This document shows positions 30,123 through 40,300 of a stretch of DNA of 48,394 bases, one piece after another (within the stretch, counting starts at the first letter, position 1; each line of letters starts with the position of its first letter). A program made the position numbers and the translations under genes. The stretch is from Candidatus Helarchaeota archaeon (GTDB lineage: Archaea > Asgardarchaeota > Lokiarchaeia > Helarchaeales > RDOG01). The notes under the pieces are model-generated. The model did no database searches and was not told the origin of the DNA. It was given only the letters and a program-made list of their open reading frames with translations. Location: assembly GCA_029838215.1 (NCBI GenBank), contig JALGVI010000010.1, positions 1-48,394 of the forward strand, in the 5' to 3' direction.

Positions 30123-31325
30123 ATGGCAAAGAGCCGAACTAAGTTAAAGAAGGAATTGCTCAGGTTAGGTATTTTTATTGGCATTCTCGTGACGTTTTTT
30201 ACCATTCCGCTACTGCCAAATCAGCTTGGTCCGTGGCTTTTGGTTCCATTTCAGAAGGGTCCGTATTTGACATGGTCAGCAGATCCGTCAACGACCATGA
30301 CGATTAGTTATGAAACGCCGTTTAATATCTCCACCACGCTATATTACGGCAAGAATGCCAGCATGGTAAACGTGAAGGGCACGACAAACCAGCAAATCCA
30401 TACAATCACTCTCACGGGTCTCGAGCCAAACACGTTGTATTATTATGAAATCGTTTCTTCGGATTTCACTTGTTATTACATGAACAAGATTTTCACGTTT
30501 AAGACGGGCTTGAATCAGACACACCCAGCAGCATTTCGTTTTGCCGTATATGGAGATAATCGCCCGGGAAGATGGGAACAGTCCCAGCATCAAGCTGTCG
30601 TGAACCGCATCTTGACAAACGATGTTGATTTTGTTATCAATACGGGTGATATAGTCGTTGAACCAGCGGACCTGGTAAACTGGGATCGACTTTTCTATGA
30701 ATTACGGGATTTGGCATCTCGAAAACCGTACATGATATCCGTTGGGAATCACGAACTCATGGAGGGCACGACTCCAGATTATGGTCGTTACTACCGCGCG
30801 CTTTTCACGTATCCTGATGAAGAGATGTATTATGCTTTTAATTACAGCAATGTTTGTTTTTTGAGCTTGAATATATCGGTTGATGAGCATAGGATTACTA
30901 CTACGGAGCGGGCGTGGTTAATAAATGAACTTGCTCAAGCCAATGCAAGCACGGATATAGATTGGATAATCGTCTATTTTCACATTCCCATGTATAGCAA
31001 TGGTGGACACGGCATCAATCAACACATCATTGACGATTATGCGGAAATATTTCGGACATACAAGGTTGATATTGTTCTAGCGGGGCACGATCATCATTAT
31101 GAACGCATGTACATAGATGATACGTATTTTTTTGTCACGGGTGGTGGTGGTGCGCCTCTGGATTTTTACATGAGTTGGGATTTATCCCGAGCTTGGAGCC
31201 AATATAAAGTTCTCTTCTTTCATTACATGTTATTTGACGTTGATGGCAAAAATTTATACATGCAAGCGATTCGTCCAGATGGCTTTGTATTCGATGAATT
31301 ACATTTAGTTAGCACGAGGAATTAG
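30123..31325 (+). CDS. Purple acid phosphatase-like metallophosphoesterase with FN3 domain and N-terminal TM
   Basis: YGD, TGDIV, VGNHE, HIPMY and GHDHHYER motifs; FN3-like GLEPNTLYYY segment. Confidence 0.9.
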   Translation: MAKSRTKLKKELLRLGIFIGILVTFFTIPLLPNQLGPWLLVPFQKGPYLTWSADPSTTMTISYETPFNISTTLYYGKNASMVNVKGTTNQQIHTITLTGLEPNTLYYYEIVSSDFTCYYMNKIFTFKTGLNQTHPAAFRFAVYGDNRPGRWEQSQHQAVVNRILTNDVDFVINTGDIVVEPADLVNWDRLFYELRDLASRKPYMISVGNHELMEGTTPDYGRYYRALFTYPDEEMYYAFNYSNVCFLSLNISVDEHRITTTERAWLINELAQANASTDIDWIIVYFHIPMYSNGGHGINQHIIDDYAEIFRTYKVDIVLAGHDHHYERMYIDDTYFFVTGGGGAPLDFYMSWDLSRAWSQYKVLFFHYMLFDVDGKNLYMQAIRPDGFVFDELHLVSTRN

Positions 31326-31336
31326 GAGGATTTGAC

Positions 31337-32005
31337 TTGAGTTTAAGCGTTATAAACCTGGGATATTTTCTCATCGGTGTATTTCTGTTTCTCATCATTA
31401 AATTCGTGGATCGATTGGATTATTTTCAAGACACGGAACTCATCCAGCACCGAATTGCAAAAGTTTGGAATTTCATCTTCGGACTCGGTTGTATTTTGGT
31501 ATTAATAAATGGTTTTTTTACCTTGGTTCAAGTATTCGTTGCAGTTCACGTGATTGATTATTTAGAGATAGTTCCACTCATTTTATTCATTGTCGTGATT
31601 CCCATCTTTCTCATGGACTCTTTTAAAGCACCAACTAAGAATTACTTGTTGGCACTTGGTTTAGGAACGGCAATTGCAAGCATTGGATTCGTCATGGGAT
31701 TAATTCTTGCATTTGTCGGAGTCGAAAACTTGGTCGGACAATACGTTCGATACATCAACTACATTTTGCTGATTCCTTTTCTATTGACATCCATCATTGG
31801 AGTTGTTATAGGAACGGTCATTTATTATGGATATTTGAAGACCAAAAAGGAGAAGTGGAATGACGCGCTTTGGGATATCTCGGAAATTCATGATAAATTA
31901 AATAACAAGTACTTGCTTCTTGGTTTAAGCATTGTTGTTTTCTTTGAGATTTTCTTTCAATGGCAATCCATGAGCCTGCTTTCGCTTTTCATACAAGTGA
32001 TTTAA
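31337..32005 (+). CDS. Multi-pass membrane protein (about 6 TM)
   Basis: Repeated hydrophobic segments; SD GGAGGA before a TTG start. Confidence 0.75.
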   Translation: MSLSVINLGYFLIGVFLFLIIKFVDRLDYFQDTELIQHRIAKVWNFIFGLGCILVLINGFFTLVQVFVAVHVIDYLEIVPLILFIVVIPIFLMDSFKAPTKNYLLALGLGTAIASIGFVMGLILAFVGVENLVGQYVRYINYILLIPFLLTSIIGVVIGTVIYYGYLKTKKEKWNDALWDISEIHDKLNNKYLLLGLSIVVFFEIFFQWQSMSLLSLFIQVI

Positions 32006-32037
32006 TTTCTGAAAAAAAAAGAAAAAAAGAAAGGAAA

Positions 32038-32217
32038 TTAATGTGAAGCGATGAGAATGAATTTCTCTTCGATCTTCCCGTTTTCCTTACAATTGGGACA
32101 ATAATAAATTTCAGTTTTTGTGTCAAAGTGATACCGTTCGTAAAAAACGGCATTGCAATTAAGACATTTAACTTTTCGCTTGTTGCGTGTCGTCCTAATG
32201 CGTTTGAATTTACCCAT
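32038..32217 (-). CDS. Small basic zinc-ribbon protein
   Basis: CLNC...CPNC; SD-like GGTGA before the ATG at 32217. Confidence 0.6.
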   Translation of the reverse strand: MGKFKRIRTTRNKRKVKCLNCNAVFYERYHFDTKTEIYYCPNCKENGKIEEKFILIASH

Positions 32218-32687
32218 GGCATTCACCACAAATCATTCACTTTTGAAAGAACTCCATGATAGAGCGTTGGTCCTTCGCACGGCAGATCAAGGCGGTCGGT
32301 GTTGATTCATGATTCATCAATTGAAATCCAAAAGCGAATTAACCAATGATAGTTATTTTCTTATTTTAATCGAAATACTGAAAATCACCACCAGTAACTC
32401 ATAAAATATGGATGAATTTGTAAGATAAATCACGTATTTTAAGAGTTCAGGTATTAATGAAGAATTACACGGTGAATTGAAATATTTCCGCAGTGTTCCA
32501 TTAACGGAATCACTTGATCTTAAATATTTCTCATCTGAACTATGAGCGAATTCTTCAATTAAAGATAAAAACCAGCTAACCTTAAAAACTTAATTCTTCA
32601 ATATTGATAAAGAATTATTAATTAATAAGATAAGTATAAGATTGTTAAATAGAAAGAATATTAAAAGCGTTTTTAGTGGTTACTTAT

Positions 32688-33200
32688 ATGAGGTTCCGTA
32701 TCTGTGAGTCATGTGGTTCAATTTTGATTGGGACTACCTGTCTAAATTGCTTTAACACGAACGTTGTAATGAATAGAGAGTCGTTTTTCAATTCAGATTC
32801 TGGAGCATTAATTACCTCAAAGAGTTTCTTCCGTCCTGCCATAGAAATTAGGGGGAGGCTTCAAGGTGCTCAAGATTTGTTACTTGAAAGAGAAGTCCCA
32901 GCAACAATCCCAGAAGTAGACTCAAACATTCGAGCTTCTCCTCAGACGTCCCAAGTTCTTCCAATAAAAGACCACCTGAGAAAAAGATTTGAGTCTTTGA
33001 ACAATCAAGAATTGACGGACCAAGCTAGGGAAATGTTGCTCGAAACGCATCCAACTTTAAAGAAGAGGCTGATCTGGGAACGAGACGTTAACACAGACCG
33101 ACGTGTCTTGAAAAATATTAGGGACATCCCAATCCCCAGTCCAAAAGATGAAAAAAACGAGATTAAAGGAAAGAAAAACTTGGATTTAACTAAAATATGA
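32688..33200 (+). CDS. Hypothetical protein with N-terminal zinc ribbon
   Basis: CESC...CLNC near the N-terminus; GTGGT upstream of the ATG at 32688. Confidence 0.65.
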   Translation: MRFRICESCGSILIGTTCLNCFNTNVVMNRESFFNSDSGALITSKSFFRPAIEIRGRLQGAQDLLLEREVPATIPEVDSNIRASPQTSQVLPIKDHLRKRFESLNNQELTDQAREMLLETHPTLKKRLIWERDVNTDRRVLKNIRDIPIPSPKDEKNEIKGKKNLDLTKI

Positions 33201-33259
33201 ATTAACGTGATGAAACGTAATTAAAACGAGACCGTTGAAAATTTTGGAGTTTCCATGCC

Positions 33260-33874
33260 ATGATGAGGTTCGTCTTTAAGATCTGCTTATTAGGGCCCCC
33301 TGGTGTAGGTAAAACTTCTTTGGTTCTCCGTTATGTTAAGAATTATTTTAAAAATGACTATTTAACAACTTTGGGAGCGGATTTTCTCATCAAGGAGCTA
33401 GTTCTGGAACAATTTGACACGAAAATTAAACTCTGCATTTGGGATATAGGCGGACAGTCAAGATGGGAAACGCTCCGACCGGTTTACCTGCAAGGAGCTG
33501 ACGGAGCCATAGTAGTTTGTGATTTAACGAAAAAATCGACGTTTCGCCAGTTACCTCGTTGGGTGATGGATTTAGAAACATATGCCGGTGATGATCTCAC
33601 GCCATTCGTGCTTGTAGGAAATAAACTAGACCTCTGCAAGGAAGAATTCGAATTGAGAGAGGTAAAGACTGCCGAGTTATCAGAGTACGGGAAAGAACAA
33701 GGAAAATATGTTTTTGAAACGAGTGCAAAGACAGGATCGGGCATTAATGACATGTTCACGAGGCTTGCATTGGAAGTACTTAAAGAAAAAGCACAAAAAG
33801 AAAAGATGCGCAGGCAACTCCAAGACAAGCTTGCGGGAATAATGGATGATTTGAACATTCCAGACGCAGAATAA
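33260..33874 (+). CDS. Rab-like small GTPase
   Basis: GPPGVGKT, YLTTLGADF, WDIGGQ, GNKLD and ETSAK; no C-terminal Cys. Confidence 0.92.
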   Translation: MMRFVFKICLLGPPGVGKTSLVLRYVKNYFKNDYLTTLGADFLIKELVLEQFDTKIKLCIWDIGGQSRWETLRPVYLQGADGAIVVCDLTKKSTFRQLPRWVMDLETYAGDDLTPFVLVGNKLDLCKEEFELREVKTAELSEYGKEQGKYVFETSAKTGSGINDMFTRLALEVLKEKAQKEKMRRQLQDKLAGIMDDLNIPDAE

Positions 33875-33890
33875 GGGGAGGAGAATTTAG

Positions 33891-34313
33891 ATGATTCATT
33901 GCATTTGGGTTCTCAATAAGAGTGGAATTTGCCTTGCCCAGCGTAATTACACGGACAAGGAAATTGATAAAGTTCTTTTTGGCGGCTTTCTCTCTGCCAT
34001 CGAAAAATTTGCAGAAACCATTTCAGCTAAAAGCATTGATTCATTCACGATGGGAGATACAAAAATCCTTTATGAGATCGGTCCACAGATAATCTTGGCA
34101 ATTTCTGTTGATGTAAGTGATAATGATACGGAAATCCGCAGGAAGATGAAAGAAGTTCGAGAAAAATTCCTTGAACGCTATCAAGATAAGATAGATAGAT
34201 TCGTGGACACGCAGCTTTTTGATGCGTTTGAAAAGGAATTTGATCTAATTCTCTATGTAGACTGGAATTTTGAGTATGATCGCAAGATTAGAAAGGGCGA
34301 GCTCAAGGACTGA
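33891..34313 (+). CDS. Stand-alone longin-like domain protein
   Basis: IHCIWVLNKSGICL...LFGGFLSAIEKFA...FLERY; SD GGGGAGGAG; 16-nt gap after the GTPase. Confidence 0.8.
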   Translation: MIHCIWVLNKSGICLAQRNYTDKEIDKVLFGGFLSAIEKFAETISAKSIDSFTMGDTKILYEIGPQIILAISVDVSDNDTEIRRKMKEVREKFLERYQDKIDRFVDTQLFDAFEKEFDLILYVDWNFEYDRKIRKGELKD

Positions 34314-34503
34314 TATGAAACACCCATGTTTTTTTGGTTTCAATCTGTTTTTTCACCTTTATCATTTCTACATACTTAGGATTTCTTTCTTGGTTTCAAA
34401 AAGTCAAATTTTTATTAGGATTTAATCTTGGCATATCAGGTTTTAATTCTCTTCATAGAGAGAATATTAAAAATAGAAAATGAGTACAAATTATACCTAA
34501 AAA

Positions 34504-35049
34504 ATGGAGTCTAAAAAGATGTCAAATCTCACGATGGCTTTTAAGTGCGTTTTGCTTGGAAATCAAGGTACTGGAAAGACTTCTTTGATCCTCCGGTTTA
34601 TCAAGAATAAGTTTAATGCGGATTATACGACCACTTTAGGAGTAGATTTTTTAACGAAGGACCTGAAAATAAAGGATACGAACATAAAATTAGTCATTTG
34701 GGACATAGGAGGACAAGATATTTGGGAAAGGAAACTGCCCGTCTTTTTAAAGGGTTCTAGTGGGGCAATTATTGTCTCGGATTTAACAAGACCACCAACC
34801 GTCGAGGCGATCTCCCGTTGGAGAGAACACGTGCATAAAACAGCAGGTCCAGAAACACCTTACGTGGTTGTTGGTAATAAGAATGATTTGGATCGCAGGG
34901 TAACGAAAGATGACCTTAAAAAACAAGCAGAAGGACAACCTTTTTATGAAACAAGCGCAAAGACGGGAGATCATGTTGAGGAGATGTTTCTCGCCATCAC
35001 TGAGTTAATGATTAAACATGCTGCCAAGAAAAAAATTCAACAAAAATGA
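34504..35049 (+). CDS. Rab-like small GTPase
   Basis: GNQGTGKT, YTTTLGVDF, WDIGGQ, GNKND and ETSAK; basic tail without Cys. Confidence 0.92.
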   Translation: MESKKMSNLTMAFKCVLLGNQGTGKTSLILRFIKNKFNADYTTTLGVDFLTKDLKIKDTNIKLVIWDIGGQDIWERKLPVFLKGSSGAIIVSDLTRPPTVEAISRWREHVHKTAGPETPYVVVGNKNDLDRRVTKDDLKKQAEGQPFYETSAKTGDHVEEMFLAITELMIKHAAKKKIQQK

Positions 35050-37075
35050 TCGCAAGTTCACCTACGATGAGCGAAAAGAACTTGGTGTGGTTTATACACC
35101 CCAGCTCATTGCCTCTTTTATTTGTAAGAAAGCCATTGTAGATTACTTAAACCATTATATTGGTCTGAATATTCAATTTTTTGATTCAATTTTTGAACTG
35201 GAAGATAATTCCATCTTGAGTCAAATCAGGAACGTTTTAGAAAAGGTTCGGGTGTTGGAACCAGCTGTTGGTCAGGGTAATTTTCTAATCGAGATTTTTC
35301 AGGTGCTTTTAGACATCCATGAGTTTCTTTTTAATGAGGGCATTACAGATCAGAGTCTTTCAAAGAGGAAACGGGAAATATTGGAGAAAAATCTATATGG
35401 TGTCGATATTTCAGGTGAAGCAATTGCATCGTGTAAAAAAAGGATTAAAGAATCATTTTTCAGCGATGCTATAGAAGAGTTTAACTTGTTCTTGGATAGA
35501 AATGTCAATTTAGTAGTAGGTAATCCTTTTTTTGATGACATTCCTTTCTTAGAACCCAAGTTCTTCGATTTGGTGGTAAGTAATCCTCCATATATTGCGT
35601 GGAGAAACATAAAATTTCAAGAGATATTCGAAGATGGCACGTATTTAGGTTGCACTTATAAAGTAAGGCCAAATCATCCCGATGCTCAGCCCAATTTATA
35701 TCTATTTTTTTTGTTACGTGGGCTTAATCTGCTGTCGGAGCGCGGTATCTTAGCATATATTTTACCTCAAGAATGGTTATTTCACGTTTCAACAAGGGGG
35801 TTCCGTGATTTCCTGATTTGCACGCAAATGAGACATGAATTGCTCCTTTTTGATCACGATTTCAAGATTTTTCGCGTGGATGACCGCGTGATCGGGACAA
35901 ATTCGTTAATATTATTCTGTTACAAGCATCATCCTTTAGATTTATTAAAAAACTCGAGAGTTTTTGATTTCAGAAAGCTTCCACCCAATAGAGTCGTGGA
36001 AGGTCTAATGAATTTTTCATCAAAAGGGCTGGACGCTTCTTTGATACGAATACGTGAGATTAATTTTGAAAATTTTCGTAATGAAAAATGGATTTTTCTA
36101 GATGAAGATGAATTAACCATAAAGAATGAGATATTAAAAATACCGGATTTGATCCATCTAAATGATTCAAAAGAGTTCTTGATTAAAGGGGGCTTCCAAC
36201 CACCAGTTGATTACGTCATGAATGCTTTTTGTTTGAACACACGTGAATTTCGAGACCTCCCTGAAAGTGAAAGAAAATACGTTTTTCCAGCAGTAATCAA
36301 GGCAAGGGAGATCGGTAAATATGAGCTCGCGGGTACTGAAATTTATTGGATAGTGACGAATAAAAAATTTGCATCTGAAGATGAATTTAAGGAAGTTTGC
36401 CCAAAACTTTACTCGATCCTTAGTCAAAAGGTCAATAACACGCAAGATAAATGGTGGGAATTTCCAAACGTGCGTAATCTTGATTTGATAGAAAAAAGCA
36501 AGTTAAAAATCATTTCGCCACGAGTTGCACGGCAAAATTCATTTGCCGTTGATGACCAACACCGAGTGCTAAGAGGGACCAACAGCATCATCATTCCAAA
36601 GCAACTTGACATTTTTTACGTGTTGGGAATAATGAATAGCAAGTTGGCATCATATTGGTATGAAAATTTTGGTTTTCCTTATCATGGTGGAAAATCAATG
36701 AAGTATGAACCAGATAAACTTAAAAGGTACTTTTTACCAATTCGAGCAAGTTCGCAATCAGGGTTTTTTAGTGCTTGTGCAAGATTTCTAATGAATTATT
36801 CCGAAGTTGGAAAACAAAACACGTTCTTTAATGGACATCTAAATTGCATTGAAAATGATATTCTGAATAATTTGATATTCGAATTATATTTTAAGGAATC
36901 AACAGCATCAAATCTATTAGAAGAAATCTTGAGTATTAGAGGAGATGAGTTTTCCGAAATCACCCCAGAGAATGTTGCGGAATTTTGCAAGCGAGTGAGA
37001 ACAAGTTCGAAAATTCAATCTGAAATAAAGAAATTAACAGAACACAGATTCTATTCGATTATAATGAAAAATTAA
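35018..37075 (+). CDS. N6-adenine DNA methyltransferase (TaqI/Eco57I-like), apparently orphan
   Basis: GVVYTP, motif I EPAVGQGNF, motif IV NPPY, and a TaqI_C-like tail (LGIMNSKL). No nuclease domain recognised. Confidence 0.85.
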   Translation: MLPRKKFNKNDRKFTYDERKELGVVYTPQLIASFICKKAIVDYLNHYIGLNIQFFDSIFELEDNSILSQIRNVLEKVRVLEPAVGQGNFLIEIFQVLLDIHEFLFNEGITDQSLSKRKREILEKNLYGVDISGEAIASCKKRIKESFFSDAIEEFNLFLDRNVNLVVGNPFFDDIPFLEPKFFDLVVSNPPYIAWRNIKFQEIFEDGTYLGCTYKVRPNHPDAQPNLYLFFLLRGLNLLSERGILAYILPQEWLFHVSTRGFRDFLICTQMRHELLLFDHDFKIFRVDDRVIGTNSLILFCYKHHPLDLLKNSRVFDFRKLPPNRVVEGLMNFSSKGLDASLIRIREINFENFRNEKWIFLDEDELTIKNEILKIPDLIHLNDSKEFLIKGGFQPPVDYVMNAFCLNTREFRDLPESERKYVFPAVIKAREIGKYELAGTEIYWIVTNKKFASEDEFKEVCPKLYSILSQKVNNTQDKWWEFPNVRNLDLIEKSKLKIISPRVARQNSFAVDDQHRVLRGTNSIIIPKQLDIFYVLGIMNSKLASYWYENFGFPYHGGKSMKYEPDKLKRYFLPIRASSQSGFFSACARFLMNYSEVGKQNTFFNGHLNCIENDILNNLIFELYFKESTASNLLEEILSIRGDEFSEITPENVAEFCKRVRTSSKIQSEIKKLTEHRFYSIIMKN

Positions 37076-37089
37076 TTTCCTGATTACAA

Positions 37090-37362
37090 ATGGTCAAATT
37101 TTTAACGAAGTCTGAATTCATTAGCAAGCTGAATCGAACGGTTAAGTTATATTTTTATCGCAAGGATTTCAATCTCGAAGATCCGCGCAATTTGCAAATC
37201 GTTCAAGAATTCATACAGGGATACATGAACAAGTATAATTTCACCTGCGATCATATTAAAATACAACCTAAAGAGAAAGGAATGACGCTCCGGTTAAAAA
37301 AATTAAGACGTAAATCGAGCGGTCTCATAAATATAATTTTTGGGAAGCCTAGCAGGATATGA
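37090..37362 (+). CDS. Small hypothetical protein
   Basis: 90-aa ORF packed between two genes, with a 4-nt overlap with the next gene. Confidence 0.55.
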   Translation: MVKFLTKSEFISKLNRTVKLYFYRKDFNLEDPRNLQIVQEFIQGYMNKYNFTCDHIKIQPKEKGMTLRLKKLRRKSSGLINIIFGKPSRI

Positions 37363-40300
37363 AAGAATTTAAAAGTTATAAAGAGCATTGGTTGAAGAGA
37401 ATAGGTATCTTGGAGATCTCTGAGACTAAAAAGCAAATGTTTCGTGCCCTATTTAAAGAGCATCTTCAGGATACTTACTTAAATAGGGTGAATTTATCGG
37501 AACTTCTTAAGAAAGCGAAAAACGTCGAAGATTTATTTTGGCCGTTAATCGTCCAAGCCGAAATTGATGTTTTAAAACATCAATCCTCGTCAAGGATCGT
37601 CCGTTATTTCCTTTCTTTCAGGTCTCGCGGTGGATTTTATTTTAAAAAGAGAGAGCATCCGGACGTCAAGATGACTTTTTTTGCCTTGCTCGGTCTTTAT
37701 ATATTAAATGAACAACTTGAAGAAGATTTTAAAGAACAAACCGTTGATTTTCTCAAGACTTTTTTAGAGGGGAAAGAAGATTTATTAGACCAAGACACGT
37801 TCTATGCTCTCGGATCGTTGGTTCTTTTAGATTCGTTTCATGAAGTTGACGAAAAGATCTTTTTTAAAAGATTTGAGCTTCAAAGTTCGGTTGAAAATCG
37901 GGTACCAGCACATCTTATCCTAAAATTATTCAATGCCGAGCAGACTTATCGAAAGATTCATCATTTTAGCATGGAACTTCTACACGGCGAGGAGCATTTT
38001 TTTTGGGGTATTTTGATTTTAATGGGTTCGAATATCTTATCCGAGCATGAAATGATAGAGGTTTTTAATTCGTATTTTTTTTCCATTCTGAACGAGAGTT
38101 CTACCGTCTTAAAGAAGAGCTTTTCATTTACGTTATTGAAAAAATTATCAATGCGAATCTTGCTCGGTATTTTTATCTTCTCAGAATTAGAAGAACAATT
38201 AGAAATTAGCATTTATCAGGAATTTTCCAGGCACAATGTTCTTACTACTGAACATCTTTTAGAACAGTACGGATTGCCTGAAAAAGTGTTAATGGGACTG
38301 ATAGATTATTTATCTCAACGTCATGATTGGTTCAACGTGAAGAAAGTTCGTTCTCAGGACCTTGCGAGAGTTTATTTCAAAAACATAAAAAAGACCGATC
38401 AACGGCTTGCAGGGCAGATCTTCGATCAGATCAGGGCAAGAAAATCAGACGTGCTTGATATCAGGGTAATTTGTAAAAAAGTTAAGTGTAAAAAAGAGGA
38501 TGTCGTTCGAATAATTTTAAATTTTTTGGACATGAATTTAGTTTCTGGCTCAATCAAGGAGACTTCATCGGGAAAAAAGCCACGTCATGAACTCATCATT
38601 CAAAAAATACCCGAATGGTATTTGATCTTAAAACGAAAGATACGATTTGAGAAATTGATTGAAGACAAGAGCACGGTCTTGCACGTAAATCGCGTGATTC
38701 AAGAAAAAATGCACGATTTCAGCACGTTTCCAACGGATTTCAAGGAGAGCATCATGATAATGATAAACAACAATGAGCTGGAGCTTGCTGAATCGAAATT
38801 AAAAAAGAATTATGGTAATTACAACCTTTTGCTCGATCATTGCGTCCTTGATTTGGAAAAGCGAATAAAATCCTTGACTTATTTTGATGAAAGAGATCTA
38901 ATCGGGTGGGAAAAACTTCGCGAACTCATCCGCACGGTTAAAAAAGCATTATCAGAAATTGCAAGAGACCTAACAGGCGATATAAAGAAACAGAAAGAAC
39001 TAAACATATCATATGATGAATTGATAGAATTCGTGGATTATGTAAATGCCACGATATCACGAATGCAGAAGGAATTGGATTCATTCGTGATTCTTTTTTT
39101 CAAGACGTGTAAACGACACGAACTTACAGATCAGAAAAGAGATGAGTTTCTTGAGAAATTGCGGGAAATGGAAGACTCCTTTAAGAACATTGCTGATGAC
39201 ATAATGTTGAAGAATAAAAAATTTGAAAAATTAACAAAAAAGTTCGAGAATTTCCGTGATTTATTGATTTTTGACCGAGTTGTAGACCGCAAGAACTTGA
39301 TCACCGCACCGCAACTCACGGAAAAGAAACCTTTTGAAGCCTGGTTCAAAGATCAATGGGATTTCAAGCGACACCAATTTATCAAGATCATTTCCGACTT
39401 GCAAGCCAGTCTCTATAAAAGAGATCAATTAAGAGAACACGTAAATAAAAAACGTATAGAGATCAATTCTCATTTTGAAGCAATTCACAAATTAGAGAAA
39501 TCGGAGGATATTTATCAAAAAGTCTTGAGAATTACTGAGACGATTTCAGATACAGAGGAATTTATAAACGATTTTATTTTTGACACGTCCAAGATCTTAG
39601 AGATCTTTCCTGACGTGGCGCTTGACGTTCCACACGAATGGTCTCAGTATAAAAAATCGGTTCAAAAAGATTTGAAGAAAATCAAAGCGACGATTGAAAA
39701 GTCGATTTTAAATGAAAAATTGAAATTAAAGAAAAATGAGCTGGAAACAATAATAAATAAGTGGCTCAAAGAGTTCAGGTCAAGGATAGAACAGTTTTCA
39801 GAGCTGGAGCGGATTGATTGGCTTTATTCCTCAACCAATTTTCAAAAATCGTTTGAATCAAAATTGGAATCATTAAGAAAAGAAATACGCCAAAAAAACG
39901 AGCAAATTAACAAGAATATTCGAGAAATGGAACGCAAATTTCCATCTTTTGTAAGTTCGAGCGTGGTTGCATTCCAAAATTGGCGCCGTTTCTATAAAGT
40001 GCTTGAAAATACAAACAGGCAGAAACGAACCCAGCTCCTGGAAAAAATTATTTCCAATTTAATTGAACGGATGACAGACCTCGAAGAAAAGGGAGGGCGA
40101 CTTTCATTAGAGGAAATTGGAAAAGTTTTAGGAATAAATTCAAGGCAAGTCAAGCAAATTTTGGAAGTACTTGAAGATAAACAACGATTAAAGATATTAT
40201 ATCTAAAAACAGATAGGTTCGTTGTATTGAATGACGACATGAAAAAACAATTAGAACTTGAGGAATTGATATCCACGGTTGAGAATGAAGTCTTGCGAAA

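Noticed and set aside
32240-32325. 26-aa upstream ORF (MNHESTP...) before the zinc-ribbon gene
   Set aside because: Too short to support without conservation or expression data.
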